In this document: piece by piece, positions 1-10,177 of the stretch | Layout of the letters: each line of letters opens with the position of its first letter | How positions within the stretch are numbered: position 1 is the first letter of the stretch | Source of the DNA: an uncultured Chloroflexia bacterium | GTDB taxonomy: Bacteria > Chloroflexota > Dehalococcoidia > GIF9 > UBA5629 | DNA length: 64,000 nt | NCBI GenBank assembly: GCA_963775935.1 | Contig: CAVZKR010000005.1 | Coordinates: forward strand, 209,211 to 273,210 | Direction of reading: 5' to 3' | Notes under the pieces: model-generated | Databases searched by the model: none | What the model was told of the DNA's origin: nothing | What the model saw: only the letters and a program-made list of their open reading frames with translations | Made by a program: the position numbers and the translations under genes

Positions 1-1
1 G

Positions 2-679
2 TTTGCCGATGCTTATGAGGTATTAAAGAGATACGACCTGCTATCAAAGGCTCCAGTTGCCGTAGTAGAGTTCTTGAAGAAGGGCTGCCGGGGTTTGGTA
101 GCCGAAACGCCGAAAGCGCTGGAGAATTGTCATAACTATATCATTGGAGATAATAACCTGGCTTTACAGGCTATGGTACGGAAAGCGAGCGAAATGGGAC
201 TTCATCCGCACATCATTACTGCCGAACAAAAAGGAGATACCGCCGCTATCGCCTGGTCACGAGCCCGCGACATTAAGAATGCAGAAAACTCCGCTTATGA
301 TGTATTACTACTGGGCGGTGAGACGACACTGAAGTTACCTTGCCAGGTAGGAAAAGGAGGCAGAAATCAGCATTATGCTGTGGTATCCCTGCTGGCGATG
401 GAGGAATATAAAGGTGAATGGGTTATGGCGAGTGTGGGAACAGATGGGTCAGATTTCATATCTGATGTAGCTGGCGCCATAGTTGATACTACGTCACTTC
501 GTCATTTGAGAAGTAAGGACCTGGATATACAACAATGTCTGGACTATTGCGATAGCTATACCCTGCTCAGCAAACTGGGTAATTCCATCATTGTCACGGG
601 AAACACCGGCACGAACGTTGGTGATATTATAGTATATGTCTTGAAACGAGGGTGTGCGATAACACCAAAAAATAATTAA
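2..679 (+). CDS. Glycerate kinase family protein, C-terminal MOFRL domain (5' end lies upstream of window)
   Basis: Frame open from nt 2 (FADAYEVLKRYDL...). Motifs LLLGGETT, GKGGRNQ, SVGTDGSD and TGNTGTNVGD fit MOFRL/TtuD-type glycerate 2-kinases. Stop at 677-679. Confidence 0.75.
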   Translation, partial: FADAYEVLKRYDLLSKAPVAVVEFLKKGCRGLVAETPKALENCHNYIIGDNNLALQAMVRKASEMGLHPHIITAEQKGDTAAIAWSRARDIKNAENSAYDVLLLGGETTLKLPCQVGKGGRNQHYAVVSLLAMEEYKGEWVMASVGTDGSDFISDVAGAIVDTTSLRHLRSKDLDIQQCLDYCDSYTLLSKLGNSIIVTGNTGTNVGDIIVYVLKRGCAITPKNN

Positions 680-696
680 GAAAGGGGTATTTAGAA

Positions 697-1005
697 ATGC
701 CAAAACAAATTATTCTCTACAATCTGGCGCCGCACGTGACGGATGAGCAGTTCAAGGAGTACGTTACCAAAGAGAAGGGTCCTTTAATGGAAAGCTTTGC
801 ATCGGTCGAGAAGTATGAGTGTGTAAAGATAACGGAATCTAACACAGGGAAAATTCCTTTCAAATATGTAGGCATCATGCATATAAAAGACATGGAGGGA
901 TTGCAGAAGAGGGATGAGAAGTCGCAAAAATTCCAAGAGTTTGCAGCGAAATTTCGGCCGATGGTAACGGATCTTCACAGCCTGTTTGGCGAAGAAATTT
1001 ATTAG
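697..1005 (+). CDS. Small hypothetical protein (102 aa), possibly EthD/dimeric alpha-beta-barrel-like
   Basis: ATG 17 nt after the upstream stop, with GAAAGGGG about 9 nt upstream. It is not a shadow of a larger ORF. The functional guess is weak. Confidence 0.5.
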   Translation: MPKQIILYNLAPHVTDEQFKEYVTKEKGPLMESFASVEKYECVKITESNTGKIPFKYVGIMHIKDMEGLQKRDEKSQKFQEFAAKFRPMVTDLHSLFGEEIY

Positions 1006-1100
1006 TCCGTGAATAAAAACGTATCATTCTCTTTATCATGTCTTTTTATTTGCTGGCACACTGAAAGTTAACTTAGCTAAGTTTGTGAAGGGAAGTAGTT

Positions 1101-2306
1101 ATGCATTTAGAGCACCTGTTTACCGAAGAGGAACGTCAACTGCGGGATACACTCAGGGAATTCACCAGGAAAGAGATTATACCAATTACCAAGAAATTAG
1201 ACTCAGACTATGGGCTGGTAGAAAAGGTCCATCAGAAGCTTGTTGATATGGGGGTTCAGGCATCTGGCTATCCTGTTGAGTATGGTGGTGGTGGTCACCG
1301 TTCATTTGCTGCAGACTGTATTATTAACGAAGAACTGGCAAAGGGTGATGCTGGCATCAGCCTGTCTACGTCCATAAATAGTGGCTCGATTCTGGCAGGG
1401 GCTGGTGGGAATAAGGCTGTCATGGACAGGTTTGCTCCTCCCTTCTGTCAGGGTAAATTGGCGTATGCCTGCCTGTCAATGACTGACGAGGCAGGAGGAG
1501 CTGATACCGAGAATCCTCTGCTCAACGGCACCGGAATTAAGACAACCGCCAGATTAGAAGGCAATGAATACGTTATAAACGGCAATAAAATGTGGCCGAC
1601 GCATGCTGGGATAGCTGAATGCTATTTAACGTTTTGCAATACCGACCCCAAGGCAGGAGATAATGGAGTCGCTCTGATTATGGTTCCCAAGGGTACACCG
1701 GGGCTATCATTTGGTAAGCCTGAAAAGAAGTATTTACTTAGGACGGTGGTAAATGGCGCCGTCTATTATGATAATGTCAGGGTACCGAAAGAATACCGGA
1801 TTGCCGGTCCCGGGATGGATGCCAGGATATGCTCGCTGGTTAACGCGGGAGGAGGGTGTACTCAATCAGCCATGGTTCTGGGGGTTGCGGAGCGTGCTTT
1901 TGAGATAGTGCTGGATTACACAGGAACCCGGATGGGAGGATTTAAGCCGGTGAGGCAGCATAGCATTGTTGCTGGAATAATTGCCGATATGGCTATTGGC
2001 ATTGAGATGATGAGAGCGAGCATCTACAACATGGCTTATATGTTTGACCATGCAGATTACTATGGTCCGCCGTGGTCGGCGCAATTCCTAGCCAGAGCGG
2101 CTGCAGTGAGAGTATTCGCCGCAGATACTGCTGTTGAGATAGCTAACAAAGGTGCCGAGCTGTTGGGTTCAATGTCTATTTCTGAAAACTTCCCTTACGA
2201 GAAATGTCTGAGGGATGTGAAAATTGCTCAGCTTGTGCTTGGAGGGCAGCAAATCTCTCGCTATAGAGTTGCCATGGGCTATTACGATTTGAAGAACTGG
2301 GCTTAA
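1101..2306 (+). CDS. Acyl-CoA dehydrogenase family protein
   Basis: 401 aa with an ACAD-like layout. N-terminal helical part (EEERQLRDTLREFTRKEI), middle domain (ACLSMTDEAGGADTEN...INGNKMWPT) and C-terminal helical domain. Confidence 0.85.
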   Translation: MHLEHLFTEEERQLRDTLREFTRKEIIPITKKLDSDYGLVEKVHQKLVDMGVQASGYPVEYGGGGHRSFAADCIINEELAKGDAGISLSTSINSGSILAGAGGNKAVMDRFAPPFCQGKLAYACLSMTDEAGGADTENPLLNGTGIKTTARLEGNEYVINGNKMWPTHAGIAECYLTFCNTDPKAGDNGVALIMVPKGTPGLSFGKPEKKYLLRTVVNGAVYYDNVRVPKEYRIAGPGMDARICSLVNAGGGCTQSAMVLGVAERAFEIVLDYTGTRMGGFKPVRQHSIVAGIIADMAIGIEMMRASIYNMAYMFDHADYYGPPWSAQFLARAAAVRVFAADTAVEIANKGAELLGSMSISENFPYEKCLRDVKIAQLVLGGQQISRYRVAMGYYDLKNWA

Positions 2307-2331
2307 TCGTTATCCAGAGCTAACAATTCAA

Positions 2332-2360
2332 GAATGCGATTGCTGAACACAGTCGCATTC
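2332..2360. terminator. Hairpin between convergent genes (GAATGCGA-13 nt-TCGCATTC)
   Basis: Perfect 8-bp inverted repeat in the 86-nt gap between the convergent ACAD and FAD-oxidase genes. There is no strong T-tract, so the terminator role is tentative. Confidence 0.35.
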
Positions 2361-2392
2361 TCATTAATGCTTCGTTTCACAAATTAAGGTTG

Positions 2393-4054
2393 TTATTTTT
2401 TGGGGTCTTCCAGCGTCATATAGTGGGCGTCGCCCAGATCGTTAGGATTAAAGGCTTCTCTAATCTTCCGCTGGTAGCGAAGTACAAAGGCTTGTGGTGA
2501 TTGAGAAAGTATCTGCTCGCGTTTCTCTTTGAAAGTTTCCCTACCGTCCGCTCCCCTAACAATGGCATTTGCCCTCTCCATACCCTTTCCCCATTTCTTT
2601 TCCGCGGCAAATTTGTCACAATTCTCGAAAAACTCAAATGTACCATCTACGGATGCTTTATCATGTGGGTCCCAGCAGGTAAAATTCTCCCACATAACAT
2701 AGGCTCCTCCCCCATTGCCTCCCAATCCTCCCATCATACAATCCCCTCCAGCTGCCACGATGGCACCTTTCTGTTCCCATTGCCTCTTGAATGCTGTTAT
2801 CTCTTCAACATTTGATGTTCCATAATCAGGTGGGCCAAATGTTCCGAAACAACCCTCGTAGCCACCCGCAAAAACAAGGTTGAGATTTTTATGTCCCAGC
2901 CTCAGCAGGTAGACCATAGCCCAGTTTGCTATATCCGAGTCTAACATCGCCTTGACCTTCCAACCGCCAGTATCAGTGAGTATCTTGTCCAGTGCCTTCT
3001 CCTGCCATTCGATGTCTCTCGGAGTCATCCCTGCCAGTATAAACTGGAATTCACGTTTCATTTCTTCGCTTATTTTATTAATTTCAGGATCCCTGGATAG
3101 CTGCTCTAAATCGGAAAGAGTTTTGGTCGGGTCGGTCAGTATTTTAATCATGGCAAATTTAAGGTCTCTACCGAACATATTGAACTGTCGGTGAGCGAGG
3201 TATCCGATTCCAGCATTCCAGATTTTATGACAGGCATCTGCCCATGCTTGCCAGGATGGGAAGGCTAGGGTGTAGCACTTGAAATTGTCAGGCAGCGCTG
3301 CCTTATAGGCAGGTGTCGTACCTTCGATTGGTAGCTTTGTTGGTCCTGGCCATGGATAAAGCTTAAGGGCGCATTTAGTAAAGACGCCCATTGCCCCTCT
3401 CATCCCAAGCGACCCTCTGATAATGCCTCTAATACCCGGCCCAGGTCCTTCACCGCAAAACCAGCCCAGTCCCGAACCCAATGAGCCTGCTCTCATGATA
3501 TCGCCATTGGGCATAACCCATTCAAGTCCCAGCAGATTCTCACTACCGTAGCCCATAAACATGGTATCACAACCTGGTCCTGCATACGATGTGGCACTGG
3601 CAAGGGGGGAACAGCTACCGCCGGCACCGATAATATGGGTATTTAGCCCTACCTTCATGGCTTCAGCCTGCAGATTGACTCCTATTACATAAGGCTCAAC
3701 AACGGCGAACATATTCTTCTTATCAATTTCCAGGACTCGATCCATCCGTCGCATATCGATTTGGAGGACATCATCGAATGAAGGATAGCCCATAGCACCC
3801 CAAAACGTGCTGGATGCCTTGAATTTAATCTTGTATTTGTTGCAGACTTTGACGATAGACTGAACCTCTTCCACGCTGGCCGGCAATACTACGGCTCCAC
3901 CCCTCGGAGTGTTAGTCCTGTAATGAGGACCCAGGTGGATGGAAGTGACAGCAAGAGGGAATTCATAGGAAACTAACACCGCCGGGTCATTGGAGACATT
4001 CTTCGGTCCGACGATATCTTCTAATGCCTGATAAACTTCTTTCGATAATGCCAT
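2393..4054 (-). CDS. FAD-linked oxidase (FAD_binding_4 / GlcD-D-lactate dehydrogenase-like), long form
   Basis: Start moved to the internal ATG at 4054, preceded by AGGAGGAATAAGAGAC. The N-terminus MALSKEVYQALEDIVGPKNVS... is typical of GlcD-like flavoproteins. FAD-binding region (VVLPASVEEVQSIVKVCNKYKI). Confidence 0.8.
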   Translation of the reverse strand: MALSKEVYQALEDIVGPKNVSNDPAVLVSYEFPLAVTSIHLGPHYRTNTPRGGAVVLPASVEEVQSIVKVCNKYKIKFKASSTFWGAMGYPSFDDVLQIDMRRMDRVLEIDKKNMFAVVEPYVIGVNLQAEAMKVGLNTHIIGAGGSCSPLASATSYAGPGCDTMFMGYGSENLLGLEWVMPNGDIMRAGSLGSGLGWFCGEGPGPGIRGIIRGSLGMRGAMGVFTKCALKLYPWPGPTKLPIEGTTPAYKAALPDNFKCYTLAFPSWQAWADACHKIWNAGIGYLAHRQFNMFGRDLKFAMIKILTDPTKTLSDLEQLSRDPEINKISEEMKREFQFILAGMTPRDIEWQEKALDKILTDTGGWKVKAMLDSDIANWAMVYLLRLGHKNLNLVFAGGYEGCFGTFGPPDYGTSNVEEITAFKRQWEQKGAIVAAGGDCMMGGLGGNGGGAYVMWENFTCWDPHDKASVDGTFEFFENCDKFAAEKKWGKGMERANAIVRGADGRETFKEKREQILSQSPQAFVLRYQRKIREAFNPNDLGDAHYMTLEDPKK

Positions 4055-4073
4055 GTCTCTTATTCCTCCTTCG

Positions 4074-5267
4074 TTAGATTGCCTGCTGCACCAGCTCGGC
4101 CACATCCAGGACTTTCATCTTGTCTCCGTTTTCCTTGATAGCATCAAGGAAATTCCGCTCACACCAGCCGCAGGCGCTCACAATAGCCTCGGCGCCGGTC
4201 TCCTTTGCTTCCTCCAGCCTCTCGGTAGCCGTCCAGTTGGAAAACTCGGGATAGGCTTCCTTGACTCCTCCGCCGGCGCCGCAGCACCAGGCGCATTCTC
4301 GTATTCTTTCCATCTCGACGAGCTCTATACCAGGGATGCTCTTGAGCACATTTCTCGGTGGGTCGTAGATACCCCAGGCTCCATTGTATCTGGGTTTACG
4401 GGGTTCGTAGACCACGATTTGATTGAAGATTTTCTTCTCTTTACCCTGCCAGGGTACATAGGGTTCTCCCTGCCTGCCCAGGTGACAAGGGTCATGGTAG
4501 GTGACCTTGAGGGGGATGTTTTTGGAGAACTTGATTTTACCTTCTTTGATAAGCTTGTCCAGGTATTCCACAGTGTGGAGGACCTCAAATTTGGAGCCTA
4601 CGGTGGGGTAGAGCCGTTTGAAGGCATGGTAACCATCAGAGCATGAGGTTACTATTGTCTTGACGCCTGCTTTAGTCCAGGCTTCCATATTTTTCTTAGC
4701 ACAGCGGGCAAACTCTTCCCGGTATCCCATACTGTAAGCTCTGCCACCGCAGCATAGCTCATCTTTGCCCATAATGCCGATATCGACGCCGGCATTTTTG
4801 AGCAGGGTAACCGCTGTTCTGGCTACCTTCTGCAATTCCTCGTCGAAGCTTATGCGGCAGCCAGCATGAAACAGAACCGCAGCCTTTTCCTTGGTGACGT
4901 TCTTTACATTCAGCCCTTCCGCCCACTTGCCCCGCTCAGCCTTGGGCTTCAGCATCATATTGTCTTCCTTGCGAAGACTATCGATGACAGGTTTATGTTG
5001 CGGCAGCAATTGACCATCCTCTACCAGCTTAGCCCGTAGTTCACGAATCATATCTAAAGGCTCCAGATTATAGCGGCAGATTTTGCAGGTGACGTCGCAG
5101 CTACCGCAGGTACTGCACTGGTATGCTATATCGAGAAGTTTTTCATTATACGTAATGCTTCCATTTATCAGTGCCAGAGTGACCGCATATCTGCCCCGGG
5201 CAGAGTAACTGTTGAAATTGTTGTAGGCGATGCTGGGGCAACCTTTAGAAAACCTCACACTTTTCAT
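4074..5267 (-). CDS. (Fe-S)-binding oxidoreductase with CCG domains (GlcF/HdrD-like)
   Basis: CSTCGSCDVTC ferredoxin-type motif plus two cysteine-rich CCG-type regions (LCCGG..., AWCCGAGGG). Located 19 nt upstream of the FAD oxidase gene in the same operon. Confidence 0.8.
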   Translation of the reverse strand: MKSVRFSKGCPSIAYNNFNSYSARGRYAVTLALINGSITYNEKLLDIAYQCSTCGSCDVTCKICRYNLEPLDMIRELRAKLVEDGQLLPQHKPVIDSLRKEDNMMLKPKAERGKWAEGLNVKNVTKEKAAVLFHAGCRISFDEELQKVARTAVTLLKNAGVDIGIMGKDELCCGGRAYSMGYREEFARCAKKNMEAWTKAGVKTIVTSCSDGYHAFKRLYPTVGSKFEVLHTVEYLDKLIKEGKIKFSKNIPLKVTYHDPCHLGRQGEPYVPWQGKEKKIFNQIVVYEPRKPRYNGAWGIYDPPRNVLKSIPGIELVEMERIRECAWCCGAGGGVKEAYPEFSNWTATERLEEAKETGAEAIVSACGWCERNFLDAIKENGDKMKVLDVAELVQQAI

Positions 5268-5375
5268 GTGGTCGAAGTGGAATCCACTTACAATATGAGC
5301 ACTGGCTACATCGCTCGGCTTCAGCCATATAATCTTTTAGTGCCACGTTAGTATCCTCCTTGTCGTTCTTTTACC

Positions 5376-6843
5376 TTAGAAACACAACTTGCCAGGATTC
5401 AGGACATTGTTGGGGTCGAAGATGCCCTTTATCTTCTTTAACACTACTGTCGTCTGGGCATCCTGATTGAACGCCATGTTTGCCCAGATACCATACGGTC
5501 GGGAGTAGTAGGCTCCCTGCCTCAGTAACTCTTCGCTGGCTCTGGTATAGAGCTCTTTCATGCGGGCTAGTTCTCTGGGATTGTTCCTGTCGAAGGGCAG
5601 GTCGAACTCGATGTGACAGCTCGCCCCCTGATGAACTGGCTGGATATAGACTCCTATCTCGGAGGTGGGATAGCTATGTGCTTCGGCTACCGTATACATA
5701 GTCTTTCACGAAGTGGGGAGCTTTCTCCAGAGTATTTAAGAAGAAGATATCCTGGCAGGCTCCTTTGTAGGTTAGTTTCCAGTACGGTTCTGGGGAAGGA
5801 TTGAGGATGGCCTCCAGCACTTCGGTGCCGCTGGCTCCGGGGACGGCGGGAACTAACTGCAAGCCGTAGCGCTGAGCCATCTCGGCGATGTCCTTCTGCT
5901 GATAGGCTACCCTCTCCGCGGGGAAAATATCTCTTCCGGCTATTCCTACGAGGAGCATCCACTGGGGGAGCTGTTCAGAGAGCGTTTTTATGTGGCTGGC
6001 ATCCTTGCCCAGGAGAGAAGCGAGGCTCCAGTTATTCAAGAGGAGGAGTTCATCGCCGAAGCGAATACGCAAGATATCGTAAGCTAAATCCAGCAGGTCC
6101 TCCAGCTTGCGGGAGGGCACGAAGAACAGCCGGTGAATCTGCGGCAATTGCTCACATTTCAGCGAAGCCCAGGTCACTATGCCCATGCTCCCCTGGGCTG
6201 CGGAGGTGAACTTGTAGAAATCGGTCTGATGCGGACCCGCTGGTGTCACCTGGGCGAACTTCTTCTTCCAGTCCTCTTCCAGGGAGCCAGCGCTTTCTGC
6301 CTCACCAGTGGTCATCCTTTGCCCGTCTCCCCAGACGACCTCGAGGCAGCGCAGTGGGTCGAGCATTGCCCACTGATATCTGGGTATGACGATGGGTTCC
6401 CGTTCCAGCAAGGCGGCAATAACCGACTTGTTGGCTCGGGGCATTATGGGTGAGGAGAGCCGCAATCCTACTTTGGCGAGCTCCGGTTGGAGTTGGGTAT
6501 AGGTGACCCCTGGTTCGACAAGGGCCATGCGGTTGCGGGGGTCGATATGAACAATCTTCTTCATACCGCTGAGGTCTACCATGACTGCTCCTGGAGCAGA
6601 GGGGACGGTGTCACCCCGGAAATGAGGCGGCCCTGAACTTACCGGCACCAGAGGTGTTTTCGTCTGGTTAGCCCACTGAATTAATTCCTTCACCTGGTCT
6701 ACATTCTGAGGTTTGACCACAAACCACGGCTTCAGCGGTAAGGCAAAGCTCTCGTCTCGCGAAGAAGCCTCCAGTGTCTCCTTGTCATCCAGGACTTTCC
6801 CCTTGCCAACTATCCCCAGCAGCTTTTCTTTTACCCCATTCAT
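5376..6843 (-). pseudogene. FAD-linked oxidase (GlcD/GlcE-like) split by a frameshift at about 5674-5706
   Basis: ORF 5674-6843 carries the FAD-binding domain. ORF 5376-5699 carries the FAD-oxidase C-terminal domain (ends ...FDPNNVLNPGKL) in another frame. The two overlap by 26 nt. Confidence 0.7.
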
Positions 6844-7206
6844 GCTTTGGACTCCTTTCTACAGGTATATGCTCGACCGGAATTGTTTTGATAAATGCGT
6901 TGTCCCAGTAAGTACAACTTCCACAAGCGATATAAGTTAACACGACTCTAGAATTTGGCGTAGTTAGAATATGGCTCTATTACAAGGGATAAACATATAA
7001 AATATGAAAACAGGTTTTATTATATTAGTACAGTGCCAATTTGTTTGTCAATTTCAGTTGACTGAAATAATTCGGCTCCTTAACGTATTTATTTGATAAT
7101 GGCTGTTGCAAGAGAAGTGCAGTAACCTTGTTGCCTCATATATATTAAGAAGAGCAAATATGTTTTACAAAGTAGGTTTTTTGGGCTACAATAGCTTCGC
7201 ACTAGA

Positions 7207-7279
7207 GGGCGGTTAGCTCAGCGGTTAGAGCGCTTGCTTCACACGCAAGAGGCCACTGGTTCAAATCCAGTACTGCCCA
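7207..7279 (+). tRNA. tRNA-Val (anticodon CAC)
   Basis: Hand-folded cloverleaf: acceptor GGGCGGT/ACTGCCC, anticodon loop TTCACAC, T-loop TTCAAAT. 73 nt, no encoded CCA. Confidence 0.9.
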
Positions 7280-7280
7280 C

Positions 7281-7367
7281 GCCGAAGTGGCGGAATGGCA
7301 GACGCGCTACGTTCAGGGCGTAGTATCCGTACAGGATGTGTGGGTTCAAATCCCACCTTCGGCACCA
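7281..7367 (+). tRNA. tRNA-Leu (anticodon CAG), class II with long variable arm
   Basis: Acceptor GCCGAAG/CTTCGGC, anticodon loop TTCAGGG, long variable arm, T-loop TTCAAAT, CCA encoded. Confidence 0.9.
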
Positions 7368-7369
7368 AT

Positions 7370-7446
7370 GCGCCTGTAGCTCAGTGGATTAGAGCGCGGC
7401 CCTGCGGAGGCTGAGGTCGTGGGTTCAAATCCCACCAGGCGTGCCA
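7370..7446 (+). tRNA. tRNA-Arg (anticodon read as GCG)
   Basis: Acceptor GCGCCTG/CAGGCGT, anticodon stem CGGCC/GGCTG, loop CTGCGGA, T-loop TTCAAAT, CCA encoded. The anticodon register was assigned by hand. Confidence 0.8.
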
Positions 7447-7450
7447 TGAG

Positions 7451-7523
7451 GGGCGATTAGCTCAGCGGTTAGAGCGCCTGTCTTACACACAGGAGGTCAC
7501 AGGTCCAAATCCTGTATCGCCCA
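7451..7523 (+). tRNA. tRNA-Val (anticodon TAC), integration target
   Basis: Acceptor GGGCGAT/ATCGCCC, anticodon loop CTTACAC, unusual T-loop TCCAAAT. No CCA follows (A-TTT). Its 3' 47 nt recur at 17352 and 22052. Confidence 0.85.
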
Positions 7524-7667
7524 TTTCGTATCTATTTTATGCCTGACCTCCATAAATTCCCATAAAACCGACCTCCTGAGTCGTCACATCAGCTAGGTCA
7601 CACCAGGCTCACACTAACATCACGCTCTGGTCACGGTTTTTTGACCAGAGAAAAAGGAGCCGGCACA

Positions 7668-8375
7668 ATGGAAGTGACCCGAAAGAACAGGCGGTGGCAA
7701 GAAGTGAGCACGAACTCTTTAGATTCTGCTACAACTGGCAAAGGACTTTGAGCTCTATAATAAGACTGAGGGCAAAAGCCCCAAAACAATCCTGTGGTAC
7801 AATCAATCACTGTTGCAGTTTTATCGTTTTCTACTTTTTAGCGAAAAATCTTCAAAACTGGCCGATATTGGGGAAAGCGATGTCCGGGAATTTATCCTGT
7901 ACCTCCAGGAAAAGACCCGATGGCAGGATAATCCCTATATGGTGAAGAAACAAGGTAATCTGCAGCTATCAGTATCCAAACATATATACGTGCGGTCAGA
8001 GCTTTCTTCAACTGGCTCCATAAGCAAGGCTATACAAGCGAAAACAGGCTGACCAATGTACGGCCCCCAAAAGCCCAATCCAAAATCGTACAAATACTGA
8101 CCCAAGATGAAATAAAAACTATCTTCTCTTACCTTGACGTTACTACCTACGCTGGATGCAGGAACCAGGCAATTCTATTGCTTCTCCTGGTCACAGGCAT
8201 CCGATGCAGCGAATTGGTAAATCTTAAGGTGAATGATGTCAATATCGATGATGGTTGTCTAAAAGTCATGGGCAAAGGCGGCAAAGAACGTATGGTACCC
8301 TTTGGCATAATTGTTCAAAGAGCTTTGTCGCGTTACGTTCCGCATGTTAGAAATAATGCACTACCATCTATTACT
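7668..8375 (+). pseudogene. Tyrosine recombinase/integrase, N-terminal two-thirds, frameshifted and truncated
   Basis: SAM-like N-domain (AKDFELYNKTEGKSPKTILWYNQSLLQFYRFL), then ...TGIRCSELVNLKVNDVNIDDGCLKVMGKGGKERMVPF. Frame changes near 7725 and 7962. Homology ends about 8370, just before the dctM stop. Confidence 0.8.
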
Positions 8376-8384
8376 GTCGAAAGG

Positions 8385-9686
8385 TTAACGTACCATAGAA
8401 GGCAGCCAAGTGGCTAGAATAGGAAAGCATATTAGCAGGGCTATACATACTATCATAGCCGCCAAAAAGGGCATAACCCCAGCAAAAATTTTTTGCAATG
8501 GAACCTCTGGAACTATAGCTTTCATTACATAAACATTAACCCCTACAGGAGGTGTAAGTACGCCTGTTTCGGTTAAGATGTTTACCATTAATCCAAACCA
8601 TACGGGATCAAATCCGAGGTCGAAGAATATCGGAATGACTATCGGGACACTAAGAACTAAAATACCCATGGCATCGACAAAACAACCGGAAATGATATAA
8701 AACGCAGCTAAGAGCAAGAAGGTACCAATTGGAGGTATAGGAAGTTGTTTTCCCCATTCCACGAATGTCAGTGACAGAGTAGACATACTCAGGAAATGGC
8801 CAAAAATTACCGAGCCAGTTATCAGGAAAAAAATCATGCAGGATACTTTCAACCCTTCCTTAGTCGTGCTCCAGAGTCCTTCCCAGGTAATTCTTCTGTG
8901 GATGAACCCAATTAACAGAGCTCCTATGCATCCGGCACCCCCAGCTTGAGTGGGAGTGAACAAACCGACGAATAAACCTCCGATAACAAATATAAATAAA
9001 CCAGCTACCTCTAGCAATGCTGGCAGTACCTTAAACTTCTCTTTCCAACTGGTTGGGGGGCCGGGTGGTCCTAAATTGGGATTGCGCCAGCATATAATGT
9101 ATACTGTAAGCGCCATTAGGATAGCCAGTATTATTCCAGGAATTAAACCAGATATTAGCATTTGTGCGATAGATTGTTCAGCCAACAATGCATAGATCAC
9201 TAAACCAGTGCTGGGCGGTATCATAGGTCCCAGTGTGCCGGCGCCAGCGATACAACCTGTAGCCAGTTGATCATCATAATTATGTTTTTTCATTTCCGGA
9301 TAAGCTATTTTGCCTACGGTAGCCACAGTGGCTGCACTGGAGCCACAGATGGCAGCAAAAAGGGCGCAGGTAAAGACAGTAGCCACACTCAATCCTCCAC
9401 GTATAGAACCTACCCAAATATAAGCAATTTTAAAAATGTTGGTCGTCATTCCGGACAATTCAGCATAAAAACCCATCATCACGAATGTGAGTACAGCACT
9501 TAAGGGGTAAGAAGTGAATTTTTCGAATATATCCATAGCCACAAACCCCATTGCTGCTTGTGGCGATACCACCAGTGACATGCCAACAAAACCAGCCAGC
9601 AATATCGAAAAAGCCACTGGCATTCCAATAATTAATCCTATAAGAAGAGCGGCAACAGCTATGATTCCTTCCAAGGATGGGATCAT
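8385..9686 (-). CDS. dctM: TRAP transporter large permease (DctM family)
   Basis: About 12 predicted TM helices. Start chosen at the ATG in an ATGA overlap with the dctQ stop (9683-9686). Part of a DctPQM gene order. Confidence 0.85.
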   Translation of the reverse strand: MIPSLEGIIAVAALLIGLIIGMPVAFSILLAGFVGMSLVVSPQAAMGFVAMDIFEKFTSYPLSAVLTFVMMGFYAELSGMTTNIFKIAYIWVGSIRGGLSVATVFTCALFAAICGSSAATVATVGKIAYPEMKKHNYDDQLATGCIAGAGTLGPMIPPSTGLVIYALLAEQSIAQMLISGLIPGIILAILMALTVYIICWRNPNLGPPGPPTSWKEKFKVLPALLEVAGLFIFVIGGLFVGLFTPTQAGGAGCIGALLIGFIHRRITWEGLWSTTKEGLKVSCMIFFLITGSVIFGHFLSMSTLSLTFVEWGKQLPIPPIGTFLLLAAFYIISGCFVDAMGILVLSVPIVIPIFFDLGFDPVWFGLMVNILTETGVLTPPVGVNVYVMKAIVPEVPLQKIFAGVMPFLAAMIVCIALLICFPILATWLPSMVR

Positions 9687-10177
9687 CTCTTCTTGACCTC
9701 CCGAGTTGATTGGAGAAACTCTATGATGAATACAAAACAAGCAGGTACCAGCATCAGAGCTGTGAGATAAATAATGATGTGAATTGGGAGATGGAGATCA
9801 GAGGTATATTGACCTGTTTTCTGGATTTCCAGGCCATTGGCAAAAAGCTGCCAAATAATCCATATAAAGAGACAAGTCAAAATCAACGAAATAAAGCTGT
9901 TTAGTGTCGCTTGAATATTCCTGGGAAATCGTTGAGTGAGAATATCCACCCTGATATGCTTTTGGCTTAGCTGGGTTACTGCTGTTGCAGAAGCAACAAT
10001 TATAGCTTGCGAAAGACCGGCAATTTCTATCGAACCGCGTATAGGCCAGTTAAAGCATTTCGCAAAAATAATATCAATAAAAGTCATGGCCAGAATAGCC
10101 AGGAGTAATAGTACGCCTAAACCCGTAAACCAGTTGCTCCATCGTCGGACAATCCGCTCAAATTTTCCCAGCATCAT
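9683..10177 (-). CDS. dctQ: TRAP transporter small permease (DctQ family)
   Basis: 164 aa with 4 TM helices, positioned between the DctP and DctM genes. Confidence 0.8.
   Translation of the reverse strand: MMLGKFERIVRRWSNWFTGLGVLLLLAILAMTFIDIIFAKCFNWPIRGSIEIAGLSQAIIVASATAVTQLSQKHIRVDILTQRFPRNIQATLNSFISLILTCLFIWIIWQLFANGLEIQKTGQYTSDLHLPIHIIIYLTALMLVPACFVFIIEFLQSTREVKKR

Noticed and set aside
4053-4646. 197-aa plus-strand ORF, and similar antisense ORFs listed inside large genes (for example 2501-2815, 6133-6453, 12612-13028, 13458-13838, 19857-20234, 36585-37046, 39126-39458).
   Set aside because: They lie entirely antisense to, or out of frame within, well-supported domain-bearing CDSs. They have no RBS or recognisable motifs and are typical shadow ORFs.
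5674-5706. Programmed ribosomal frameshifting or selenocysteine recoding at the two split genes (also 32214-32443).
   Set aside because: There is no slippery heptamer, no downstream pseudoknot, and no in-frame TGA with a SECIS-like hairpin. A simple indel, real or from sequencing, is the more economical explanation.
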